Source: a virus (taxonomy: Duplodnaviria; Caudoviricetes). Taken from it: a stretch of DNA of 40,196 nucleotides. Every line of letters begins with the position of its first letter. Positions within the stretch are counted from its first letter, which is position 1. The stretch spans positions 1-40,196 of the IMG/VR virus record IMGVR_UViG_3300037440_000525, one strand, 5' to 3'. Position numbers and translations under genes: made by a program. This document shows, piece by piece, positions 1 to 7,826 of the stretch. The notes under the pieces are model-generated. The model was not told the DNA's origin. It ran no database searches and saw only the letters and a program-made list of their open reading frames with translations.

Positions 1-1338
1 AGATACAAAGGTTCTGCAGTAGATAAAGCTAAACTACAAAAGATTGTTGATGATGCCGATGCTATCCCTAGGCCTTGCAACATAAATTCGGCTCAAGAAG
101 TATTCACTTATGTTAGTAATGGTATTGAGCATCTTTTTTATAAAGATGGGAGAATAACAACTAGTAAGAAAGTGTTAAAAGCAGTATCTCAAATGAGGGA
201 AGCTGTACTTTGTGAAAAATGTGATGGTGGTTGTGAATTTTGTGACGAGGGTATTATAGAAGGGGAATTAACAGAGAATGCTAAAAGGGCCAAGATGATC
301 CTTGATGCTCGTAAAGCTTCGAAGCAGAAAGAATTACTTCAAAAACTTATTGATGCAGGGCGGTTTTACGCCTCTTTTAAGATCATTGGTGCATTATCAG
401 GTAGAATGAGTGGAACGGATGGTCTCAATGCTCAAGGTATTAACTCAGATAAGAAAATTAGGGAGTGTTTCCCTCTAAAAGATGAAGGAGAAATACTTTG
501 TGGGGGTGACTTTTCAGCTTTTGAAGTAGCGATCATGGAATCCGTTTATGATGACCCTGTTTTAACGCAAGAAATGGAGCGTGGTGACAAAATACATGCA
601 CACTTTGGGGCTTATGTTTATGATAAAACCTATGATGAGATTATGGCTGACGATGTTTTATATAAAAATGCCAAGCAAGGTGTATTTTTGATAGCTTATG
701 GTGGCCAGGAGCATACTTTACAACAAAACCTAGGACTTACCAAAGAACAAGCAAAGAAAGCCTATGAATTCTGGTATGGCAAATATATATCATTTCCAAA
801 AGTACGGGGAGCATTAGAACAACAACTATGCCCCATCACAGATAATTTTGAGTGGAGGGAACCTATAGATTATATAGAGACAATGACAGGATTTAAAAGA
901 TATTATACTTTAGAAAATAAAATATTAAAAGGTTTGTATCAGTTAGAGTTTGATTTTGGGAATGAAAAAGTAATTCGGAGCAAAGAAAAAGGTCCTCAAA
1001 CTTTAACTAATGCAGTTAGATCTGCTATTTTTGGAGCAATGTTTGGTATTCAATCTTCCTCTGTTCGTACAGCTATGAATCACAGGATTCAAGGTACAGG
1101 TGGTTGGTTAACTAAAAAACTTCAAGAAAGATTGTGGGAGTTACAACCTGTGGGAATTTTTAAACCTATCATTTCACAGATGCAAGTGCATGATGAAATT
1201 TTAGCAGTATGTAAAGATATAAATGTAGCTGACGAAGCAACAAAAATTGTCAAAGATTTTATTGCAGAATACAGAAGTTTGGTTAGACTATTAGATATGG
1301 AATGGAAAGTAAACATTAACAATTGGGCGGAAAAATGA
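1..1338 (+). CDS. Family A DNA polymerase, polymerase domain (5' truncated; frame open from base 1)
   Basis: SGRMSG (TGRLSS-like), motif A GDFSAFE, DKIH, motif B KNAKQGVFLIAYGG, IQGTG, motif C QVHDEI. Confidence 0.93.
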   Translation, partial: RYKGSAVDKAKLQKIVDDADAIPRPCNINSAQEVFTYVSNGIEHLFYKDGRITTSKKVLKAVSQMREAVLCEKCDGGCEFCDEGIIEGELTENAKRAKMILDARKASKQKELLQKLIDAGRFYASFKIIGALSGRMSGTDGLNAQGINSDKKIRECFPLKDEGEILCGGDFSAFEVAIMESVYDDPVLTQEMERGDKIHAHFGAYVYDKTYDEIMADDVLYKNAKQGVFLIAYGGQEHTLQQNLGLTKEQAKKAYEFWYGKYISFPKVRGALEQQLCPITDNFEWREPIDYIETMTGFKRYYTLENKILKGLYQLEFDFGNEKVIRSKEKGPQTLTNAVRSAIFGAMFGIQSSSVRTAMNHRIQGTGGWLTKKLQERLWELQPVGIFKPIISQMQVHDEILAVCKDINVADEATKIVKDFIAEYRSLVRLLDMEWKVNINNWAEK

Positions 1339-1613
1339 TAGATCTAGCAGATGAGATGTGTTCAAGAGCGAGAGCAATACTTAGATTTATTCAAAAGGAT
1401 GAATTTAAAGATGCTTTTAAAAACAACCCTGATACGGCCAAAGTTGAGTCATTGATTAAAAAAGGGGATGTAGAGGGGATTAAAAAGTTTATGACTCAGT
1501 ATCGTAGCAGTAAATATTCTAGTCGTAGTGAGCTTGTGCAAATGGGTAAGACAAAAGTAAAAAATGTTCACAGGCTAAAGAAAAGGGAAATCCTTGCCAA
1601 GCTGGGAGTTTAA
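1335..1613 (+). CDS. Hypothetical protein with possible C-terminal Rho-N-like helix-extension-helix
   Basis: ATG at 1335 overlaps the polymerase stop (ATGA); C-terminus SRSELVQMGKTKVKNVHRLKKREILAKL. Confidence 0.55.
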   Translation: MIDLADEMCSRARAILRFIQKDEFKDAFKNNPDTAKVESLIKKGDVEGIKKFMTQYRSSKYSSRSELVQMGKTKVKNVHRLKKREILAKLGV

Positions 1614-1935
1614 GACTAAAAAACCCGAAGAAATAATCAGGGACGCCGTCAAGCAATACATGGAAGCCAGGAGATGGATCGTAAAGATCACTGTTGGAAA
1701 TATGTATCAGAAAGGCTTCCCTGATTTTTTTTGTACTCATCGCAGACATGGAATGCGATGGGTTGAAATAAAACTACCTGAAATGAAAGGTAGTGTTTGG
1801 ACTAATGCACAAAAGAAAGAATTTCCACTGTTATTCGATAATGGAACTCCTATTTGGGTTATAACAGACCCGAATGAATATAATAAATTATTTGGACCAG
1901 CGAACTTAAAGGATTATATGACATGGACATCGTAA
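1594..1935 (+). CDS. VRR-NUC-like PD-(D/E)XK nuclease
   Basis: E..I...V, GFPDFF, WVEIK, T.AQ motifs; usual position beside a phage DNA polymerase. Confidence 0.8.
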   Translation: MPSWEFKTKKPEEIIRDAVKQYMEARRWIVKITVGNMYQKGFPDFFCTHRRHGMRWVEIKLPEMKGSVWTNAQKKEFPLLFDNGTPIWVITDPNEYNKLFGPANLKDYMTWTS

Positions 1936-1944
1936 AATGTTTAG

Positions 1945-1972
1945 TTGTTAATAAACTGAAAATAGGTAAAAT
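1945..1972 (+). promoter_or_regulatory. Possible sigma70-type promoter for tnpB
   Basis: TTGTTA-16 nt-TAAAAT. Confidence 0.35.
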
Positions 1973-1998
1973 AAAAAGCAACTTAAGGAAGCCTTAAA

Positions 1999-3195
1999 GT
2001 GATTACCGCACACAAAATAGAAATAAAGCCTAATAATAAGCAAGCCAACTTTTTATTAAGAAGTTGTGGTACGGCAAGGTACGCTTATAACATGGCTTTA
2101 GATTTATGGAATAAGGAATATCTTTCTGGTAATAAACCAACGGCTAATTCCATTGACAAAGAAATGAATAAGATAAAACCTAAATGGTGCTATGAAGTTT
2201 CTAAATGTTGTGTTCAGTCTTCAATTATTGATTTAGGTAAAGCCTTTTCAAACTTTTTTAAGAACAAACATTTTAAGCCCCCTACTTTTAAAAAGAAGGG
2301 GCAAAAAGATAGTTTCCGTTTAAATAATGAGCATTTTAAAATTAATAATAAAAAGTTAAAAATTGCTAAGTTAGATACAAAGATAAAGCTTACTGAAAAA
2401 TTAAGATTTGAAGGGAAGCTTTTATTTTGCACAATATCAAGAAAAGCAAACAAATGGTTTGCAAGTATAAACATTGAAGTTGAAGATTTACCTAAGAAAC
2501 CAATGAATCAAGAACCAAGATTTATTGGTGTTGACTTAGGTTTAAAAACACTTGCCGTAACAAGTGAAGGGGTTATTTATGATAACCTTAAACCACATAA
2601 AAATAAACTGCAAAAATTAAGAAGGCTAAATAAGTCTTTAAGTAGGAAGGTGCTTGGAAGTCAAAACTTTAAGAAAGCCAAGGTTAAACTTGGTTTATTA
2701 CATTACAAAATAGCTAATATCCGTAAAGATTATCTTCATAAAGTGACATCTGATCTTGTAAAAGGGCATGATGTTATCACTATTGAGGATTTGAATGTTT
2801 TAGGGATGTCTAAAAACAGAAAACTAAGTAGAAGTATTTTAGATGCATCCTTTGGGATATTTAAAACCTTACTTGAGTATAAATGCCAAAGAAAGAATGT
2901 TATTTTAGTTAAGGCTAATCGATTTTACCCAAGTACAAAGACTTGTTCAAAATGCGGTAGTATCCAAGAAATTAAGTTAAATGAAAGAACTTACGCTTGT
3001 AGTAAGTGTAACATGGTTATTGATAGGGATTATAATGCCTCTATCAATTTGAATAACTATGGCAAAAATTATATCGCAGGCCTTGCGACGAAAGTCTGTG
3101 GATTAGAAAGCTCTGACTCAGGGGATCGAGTGAAACTATCTAAGATGAAGCAGAAATCAAACATAAAAGCGAACACCGTTTTTAATAGGAATTGA
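1999..3195 (+). CDS. tnpB: RNA-guided endonuclease TnpB (IS607/IS605 OrfB family)
   Basis: N-terminus AHKIEIKPNNKQ..GTARYAYN; RuvC-I GVDLG, RuvC-II IEDL, zinc finger CSKCG..CSKC, RuvC-III DRDYNA; all three catalytic acidic residues present. Confidence 0.96.
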   Translation: MITAHKIEIKPNNKQANFLLRSCGTARYAYNMALDLWNKEYLSGNKPTANSIDKEMNKIKPKWCYEVSKCCVQSSIIDLGKAFSNFFKNKHFKPPTFKKKGQKDSFRLNNEHFKINNKKLKIAKLDTKIKLTEKLRFEGKLLFCTISRKANKWFASINIEVEDLPKKPMNQEPRFIGVDLGLKTLAVTSEGVIYDNLKPHKNKLQKLRRLNKSLSRKVLGSQNFKKAKVKLGLLHYKIANIRKDYLHKVTSDLVKGHDVITIEDLNVLGMSKNRKLSRSILDASFGIFKTLLEYKCQRKNVILVKANRFYPSTKTCSKCGSIQEIKLNERTYACSKCNMVIDRDYNASINLNNYGKNYIAGLATKVCGLESSDSGDRVKLSKMKQKSNIKANTVFNRN

Positions 3196-3207
3196 AATGC
3201 ACATCGG
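3070..3207 (+). ncRNA. Putative TnpB omegaRNA (reRNA) scaffold overlapping the tnpB 3' end
   Basis: Hairpins TCGCA/TGCGA (3074-3088), TTAGAAAG/CTATCTAA (3103-3143) enclosing ACTC/GAGT, and AAAAGCG/CGTTTTT (3165-3183); expected location for TnpB guide RNAs; boundaries uncertain. Confidence 0.6.
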
Positions 3208-3631
3208 AATATATGTAGATATTAGTAATTTATATTTTACAGGGTTTCACCATAGAAAAATGCAAGTTGACTATCGTAAACTTTATAATTATTGTAAGGA
3301 TTACGGTGACATAAAAGAAGCCCACGCCTACGGTGGAGCTATTGGAGACCAAGCAGACGGATTTAAAAAGGTATTGACAGACATTGGGTTTACACCTCAC
3401 TACAAAGAGCCAAAGACTTTCGCCTCGGGTAAAATGAAATGTGACTGGGATGTAGGTATGACTGTAGATATCATGAAAAGTAATCTTGATGGTTATATTA
3501 TATGTTCTGCTGATACAGATTTTGAACCATTAGTAAATTTTTTGCGTGAAAAAGATAAATATGTCCTAGTAATGGGCATAAATATTAAAAAAGGAATTGA
3601 AATACCTAAGTCAATATTCCTTGACAAATAA
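3197..3631 (+). CDS. NYN domain protein (LabA/DUF88, PIN-like fold)
   Basis: IYVDISNL, K.DWDVGMTVD, SADTDFEPLV..LRE..V.V.G motifs. Confidence 0.88.
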   Translation: MHIGIYVDISNLYFTGFHHRKMQVDYRKLYNYCKDYGDIKEAHAYGGAIGDQADGFKKVLTDIGFTPHYKEPKTFASGKMKCDWDVGMTVDIMKSNLDGYIICSADTDFEPLVNFLREKDKYVLVMGINIKKGIEIPKSIFLDK

Positions 3632-3648
3632 AATTAACATGTTATAAT
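3621..3648 (+). promoter_or_regulatory. Consensus sigma70 promoter with extended -10
   Basis: TTGACA (3621-3626)-16 nt-TATAAT (3643-3648) preceded by TGT; AAGGAG RBS and ATG at 3675 downstream. Confidence 0.85.
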
Positions 3649-3674
3649 CACTTTTATTTTAAGGAGATTACAAT

Positions 3675-3959
3675 ATGAATGCAGCAATAGAATTTACGAA
3701 TTTTGTTGGTAAAAAAAATGTTTTGTGTGCTTTTCTGTATACAGGAGAGAAAATATTCCGTCTAAAAAGATGTTATACTCAAAAAACTTATGAGAAATTT
3801 CTTAAGAGGTTGAATTTTGATTATGATGATGGTTATGGTGGTCAAGAACTGTTTGGTACTATCTGGTTCGAAGATGATACTTGGGCAGTAAGGGGCGAAT
3901 ACGATGGTTCGGAATGGTGGGAGCATATTGTACGACCTGAATTACCGAAAGGACTATAA
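3675..3959 (+). CDS. Hypothetical phage protein
   Basis: Strong RBS; YDDGYGGQELFGTIWF..W..RGEYDGSEWW looks like a conserved phage small-protein motif. Confidence 0.75.
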   Translation: MNAAIEFTNFVGKKNVLCAFLYTGEKIFRLKRCYTQKTYEKFLKRLNFDYDDGYGGQELFGTIWFEDDTWAVRGEYDGSEWWEHIVRPELPKGL

Positions 3960-4135
3960 TGTACGAGATAGAATTTATCAAAAAAGATGGGTCACTTCGC
4001 AAAATGAAATGTGAAATCCTTGGATGGAAAGATCGTTCCAAGGGTTTAGTTTTGGTTGAAGAAATCGGGGTTGGATTTAGATCGTTTTATTTAAATTCAG
4101 TAAGGAGGGTAAAACATGTTAAAAATATTAGCTGA
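3959..4135 (+). CDS. 58-aa SH3/Sm-fold (WYL_2-like) protein, absent from the ORF track
   Basis: MYEIEFIKKDGSLRKMKC...GFRSFYLNSV; start overlaps the upstream stop (TAATG). Confidence 0.65.
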   Translation: MYEIEFIKKDGSLRKMKCEILGWKDRSKGLVLVEEIGVGFRSFYLNSVRRVKHVKNIS

Positions 4136-4478
4136 AATGACTATGACTAAATACACTCAAGATTGCATAAGTAAAGGTAGATATTCAATAGATCATACGG
4201 GGTTCGTGGATCCTGAATTACCGGATTTCATTTTTTTTGAGAAATTGGACGATAGTCTTTGGTTATCAGGTAAAACTGAAAGTGCTTTTAATATATTATC
4301 GGAAATGTACTTAAGTTTTTTTTTAATAAATCGACTTAAAGAACCTTTAACAATAAAAGATGTTGAAAATCTATTAGAAGTAGTTGGGGATCAGAAAATG
4401 GATAAAAAGTTTTTAACTCTTGTGCACCATGCCTTATCTAATAAAAAAATATTAAAAACTACATGGAGAAAACAATGA
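4116..4478 (+). CDS. Hypothetical protein
   Basis: AGGAGG RBS; lies within the operon. Confidence 0.65.
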   Translation: MLKILAEMTMTKYTQDCISKGRYSIDHTGFVDPELPDFIFFEKLDDSLWLSGKTESAFNILSEMYLSFFLINRLKEPLTIKDVENLLEVVGDQKMDKKFLTLVHHALSNKKILKTTWRKQ

Positions 4479-5287
4479 TTATCTTAAGCTCAAAAGCAGA
4501 AAATTTACGGGCAATAATGCCTTGTGCAACGGTTGAAGCTGAATACGGTCAAGAGGTGGTACAAGGGTCAATTTTAACTTTGGCTCACCACGGTCCGCGG
4601 TCTGACAGACCATGCCCTGCACTGGTAGGCAATCTACCTGAAATGGGAATTAAGACTATTGGTATATCACATTTAGACTTAGATACCCTGGGTGGTATCA
4701 TGGCTATTAAAGGATGTAAGTTTATATCTACATTTTGGGGCGTTGTAGCCCATGTAGATTTGAACGGGCGACACAAGGCTCATCTACATCCTCATTGGGA
4801 AGTTTGTAAATCGGTTTTTTACTCATTTTGGGCGTGGAGTGAAAAAAATAGATTACAGGTATCTACAGAAGTACGAGATGTGACAATGGAAGTTGAGCAA
4901 GCCATTGATGTTTTTAATAAAATATTAGATGGGGATGAAACCCTCAAAAAGGAAGGGGATGAATGGATAAAAGCTCAGGGATCTTTAAATAATGAATCAT
5001 TTGTTAGCGAATCAAATGGTATTATTGTTCGAAAAAGTTCTAAATTTGTAAATCACCTTTATAACACGCCATCAGGGGGGTTATGTAAAGCAGTATTATC
5101 TTTTAACATTGAGCGTAAAAATATTACGCTCTCCGTCAGCGATGGGGATTTTAATTGTTGTGAAATCATGCAAACTGTTTTCGGCCCATCAGCAGGTGGT
5201 CATGCAGGGATCGCAGGTTCACCTCGTGGGCAGGAAATGAAATTAGAAGATTTAGATTTAGTTTTAAGGGTTATAAATGAAAGATGA
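4475..5287 (+). CDS. DHH/DHHA1-like phosphoesterase
   Basis: LAHHG, SHLDLDTLGG, C-terminal AGGHAGIAGSPR; start placed at ATG 4475 (GGAG RBS, ATGA overlap). Confidence 0.6.
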   Translation: MIILSSKAENLRAIMPCATVEAEYGQEVVQGSILTLAHHGPRSDRPCPALVGNLPEMGIKTIGISHLDLDTLGGIMAIKGCKFISTFWGVVAHVDLNGRHKAHLHPHWEVCKSVFYSFWAWSEKNRLQVSTEVRDVTMEVEQAIDVFNKILDGDETLKKEGDEWIKAQGSLNNESFVSESNGIIVRKSSKFVNHLYNTPSGGLCKAVLSFNIERKNITLSVSDGDFNCCEIMQTVFGPSAGGHAGIAGSPRGQEMKLEDLDLVLRVINER

Positions 5288-5579
5288 TATAGAACAGGAG
5301 ATAGAATTGGCCAAACTACAAGGGAAATCTTCTTCCTGGGCAGTAAGAAGATTTTTACACCGTGAGTGGCGACAAACATTTCCTTTAACTGACTTCCATC
5401 CTCTAGTAGAAGATCACTATGATGATTTCATAGATAGACTTAAGGGGAATGAAAAAATAGTTGCGGAATTCTTAATTATGGGAGTTCCGACAAAAGAAAT
5501 TTTTAAAGTGGTATCGAAACGGGAATTTTATGACATTAAGGAGGCTCTAGGGTGGCTCATCTCTCTCACTCACAACTAA
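5277..5579 (+). CDS. Hypothetical protein, possible sigma region-4-like HTH
   Basis: L...EK.VAEFLIMGVPTKEI resembles region-4 helices; weak. Confidence 0.5.
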   Translation: MKDDIEQEIELAKLQGKSSSWAVRRFLHREWRQTFPLTDFHPLVEDHYDDFIDRLKGNEKIVAEFLIMGVPTKEIFKVVSKREFYDIKEALGWLISLTHN

Positions 5580-6226
5580 AATTATGGGAATCAGACCCCC
5601 TAACCTGGGTCAAATGGTATCATTTTAAAGATCCAAAGAGGGAATTAAAAACATATGAAAGGGGCAAAGCCTTTGATGAGTATGTTAAAGGGATGTTGAC
5701 GGGAGTACCCTCAGGTAATGATGACTCAGGGTTTTTCTCAGTATATGAGTCTTCAGGGGTATATTCGTGGCTGGCGGGGCGAAAATATAAATTGGATATT
5801 GAAATTGGAGCTATAGATGGTATCCCCTTCAAAGGTTTCTTAGATGTTTTTTTAGATGGGATGGCCTTAGATTGGAAAACTAGAGGTGAGGGGCCTACAA
5901 AATGGTATAGGAACCTCTATGATAGGTCCGGAGTGGATTTAGGGCCTCACAAAGCTGGGTGTGCTTGTATCAATCAATACTATGGGGATCAGCTGGCTAT
6001 CTATGATTACGCAATGGAGAGGTCAGGGATTGGAATTATACATGAAGTTGGATCATGGGGTGTGGCAGTGCATAAAGGTGTTTTAGATTACGGGGTTATT
6101 GATAGAATCAAGTATATGGCTGAAATGGTTTTTGAGAAGAAGTGGTTTCTTCACACTGTTTCATTTGAAGAGTCTCGGAGGATCGTAGATTCACTCGGAG
6201 ACGATATTTTCAGGGGATTATTATGA
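5552..6226 (+). CDS. PD-(D/E)XK exonuclease (RecB/Cas4-like fold)
   Basis: LSHSQLKLW..DP, GKAFD, FKGFLD, DWKT, QLAIY; GGAGG RBS. Confidence 0.8.
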   Translation: MAHLSHSQLKLWESDPLTWVKWYHFKDPKRELKTYERGKAFDEYVKGMLTGVPSGNDDSGFFSVYESSGVYSWLAGRKYKLDIEIGAIDGIPFKGFLDVFLDGMALDWKTRGEGPTKWYRNLYDRSGVDLGPHKAGCACINQYYGDQLAIYDYAMERSGIGIIHEVGSWGVAVHKGVLDYGVIDRIKYMAEMVFEKKWFLHTVSFEESRRIVDSLGDDIFRGLL

Positions 6227-6471
6227 TAGAGTTTTTAAACGCAGAGGATCGGAAGAAAATTGAAGGTATGTTGTTAGTACAGCAGAATGGAGAATGGGGA
6301 CCTGTAGAAGATGGAATGTTTTGCTCAGCAGTAGGTAAGGTTAGCTTAGGTAAGATTACCGGTGCTAAGCTCAAACCTGAAGGATATGAATGGAATATGG
6401 ATACCCAAGATTCAAATGAAGAAACAGAAACAGAAACAGAAACAGAAACAGAATTCCCTGAAGACTATTAA
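6223..6471 (+). CDS. Hypothetical protein with acidic (ET)n tail
   Basis: ATGA overlap with the upstream gene; followed by hairpins. Confidence 0.65.
   Translation: MIEFLNAEDRKKIEGMLLVQQNGEWGPVEDGMFCSAVGKVSLGKITGAKLKPEGYEWNMDTQDSNEETETETETETEFPEDY
6421..6450 (+). repeat. (GAAACA)5 in-frame microsatellite
   Basis: Five perfect copies encoding ETETETETET. Confidence 0.95.
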
Positions 6472-6532
6472 AACCCCCTCAGGGGTTTCTCTCACTCAAA
6501 GTTTCACTATCACACCCCCCTTCGGGGGGTTT
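6471..6532 (+). terminator. Two tandem GC hairpins ending the operon
   Basis: AAACCCC-CTCA-GGGGTTT (6471-6488) and CCCCC-TTCG-GGGGG followed by TTT (6516-6532). Confidence 0.6.
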
Positions 6533-6975
6533 CAAAGTTTCACTCAAAGTTTGAGTTAGAAAGAGCCAACTGTGTTTATTTTCGTGATTAATGAATACGG
6601 TGGTTGGGGGTTTTATTTTTTTTGGTTTGTTTTTTTCACGGTTTAACTCACTCAAAAAACAAAACTCAACTTACAGTTGTATATTTAATTCAATTTTTAA
6701 ATAATTTCTCTATATAAGTCAATCATACCAATCATTAATCTTGAATTTTACCTTAAAAGTTGTAAGTATTTGAAAAAAAAGGGGTTACTTGAGTGAAATG
6801 AGACTGGAAATTTTTAGTCTCATTCATGAGACGGTGAGAAAGTGAGGTATGGTAAACATGAATCTTAATAATTAACTTGAATTTAAGGGTTTTTTGAGTG
6901 TTTCAGTGAAATTAGCAAAATTTTATTGAGTGAGTATAGTTTAGGAGTAAAAAGTCCATTCAACTTTGAGTTTAA
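6490..6975. other. Candidate replication origin with strand-polarised short repeats
   Basis: CACTCA at 6493, 6541, 6649 and its reverse complement TGAGTG at 6790, 6895, 6927 around an AT-rich core; no convincing ORF. Confidence 0.45.
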
Positions 6976-7214
6976 TTTTTTTAGGCTTTAATTGATAATA
7001 TTTAACTTGAAATATTTTCTATTAGTATACTTTATTTTCTATTAGTGAAATATTTTTCCCGCGCCCGAGCAAATAGTTTTCAAATAGTCAATCCAACCCA
7101 AACGATGCCCCATGACACATAGTCACTGATTTGGAAACACTCGATTTTCGAGTGATTTTACGAAAATCCCACCCGACTTTTTGAGAATCGCATTACGAGA
7201 GAGGCACCTACCAG

Positions 7215-7344
7215 GTATACTAGTATACTTTCTCTGCACTGTCAGAAAGATGATATTTTTATACTAGTATACAAGGTCTATATTAGTAGTGGGTTAAAAC
7301 TTTTATATTATATATGTATAGACCTTATAATGTATACTAGTATA
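7215..7344. repeat. Cluster of TATACTAGTATA palindromes and a long imperfect inverted repeat
   Basis: GTATACTAGTATAC 7215-7228; TATACTAGTATA 7260-7271 and 7333-7344; AAGGTCTATA (7273-7282) pairs with TATAGACCTT (7317-7326). Confidence 0.85.
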
Positions 7345-7352
7345 ATAAAAAC

Positions 7353-7565
7353 CCCTTCTTTCAAAAAGTGAAAAAATATTTTTTTGGTACCGATCTAAAA
7401 TTTTTGCAAGTATTTTTAAGTACAAAAAACTTTTATAGTACTTTAAAAAATTTGAATTTAAAATTTTCCCTTCTTTCAAAAATTGAGAAAAAATTTTTTC
7501 GTAAGCCTAAAAAATTTTTGCAAGTATTTTTAAGTCTCAAAAAACTTTTGTATGCTTTAAAAAAT
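7353..7565. repeat. Degenerate direct repeat, two copies, period about 115 bp
   Basis: CCCTTCTTTCAAAAA at 7353 and 7468; identical 25-mer AAAATTTTTGCAAGTATTTTTAAGT at 7397 and 7511. Confidence 0.85.
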
Positions 7566-7826
7566 CGCAAAAAAATTTTTTATAAAAATCAAAAAAATTT
7601 TTAAAAAGTATCTGACAACTTAAAAATTTACATTATTTGTAAATCTTTTATCTTTTGCCCCTTATACAAAAATTTTTTAAAAGTCAAGACTTTTTTACAA
7701 TAAATTTTATATAAATTTAATCAAAAAATTTTTACAAATTTACTTGACAAAGTAAAAAAGTTTGTTACTCGCGCGTACATTATTATATACGAGCAAAAAA
7801 ATATTTAAATTTTTTGTAAAAAAGAC

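Larger units (their letters stand above)
1933..3206 (+). mobile_element. Non-autonomous IS607-like TnpB cassette (no intact TnpA)
   Basis: tnpB bounded by near-duplicate ATGGACATCG (1923-1932) and ATGCACATCG (3197-3206); deleting 1933-3206 rejoins an intact NYN ORF; possible tnpA C-terminal remnant NKKQLKEALK* overlaps the tnpB start (GTGA). Confidence 0.7.

Noticed and set aside
1999-3195. Nuclease-dead TnpB (TldR-like) or Cas12
   Set aside because: All three RuvC acidic residues are present, size is typical of TnpB, and no CRISPR array is adjacent
3178-3198. CRISPR-repeat-like ending (GTTTTTAATAGGAATTGAAAT)
   Set aside because: No array; the only other partial copy is about 400 bp away inside a CDS, and the sequence doubles as stop codon, RBS and start codon
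5552-6226. True Cas4
   Set aside because: Lacks the four-cysteine Fe-S arrangement and any cas context; better called a generic PD-(D/E)XK exonuclease
6362-6559. 65-aa ORF with KQKQ repeat
   Set aside because: Alternate frame of the microsatellite that runs through terminator-like hairpins
7368-7604. 78-aa K/F-rich ORF
   Set aside because: Translation of the A/T-tract direct repeat, with no RBS and low complexity
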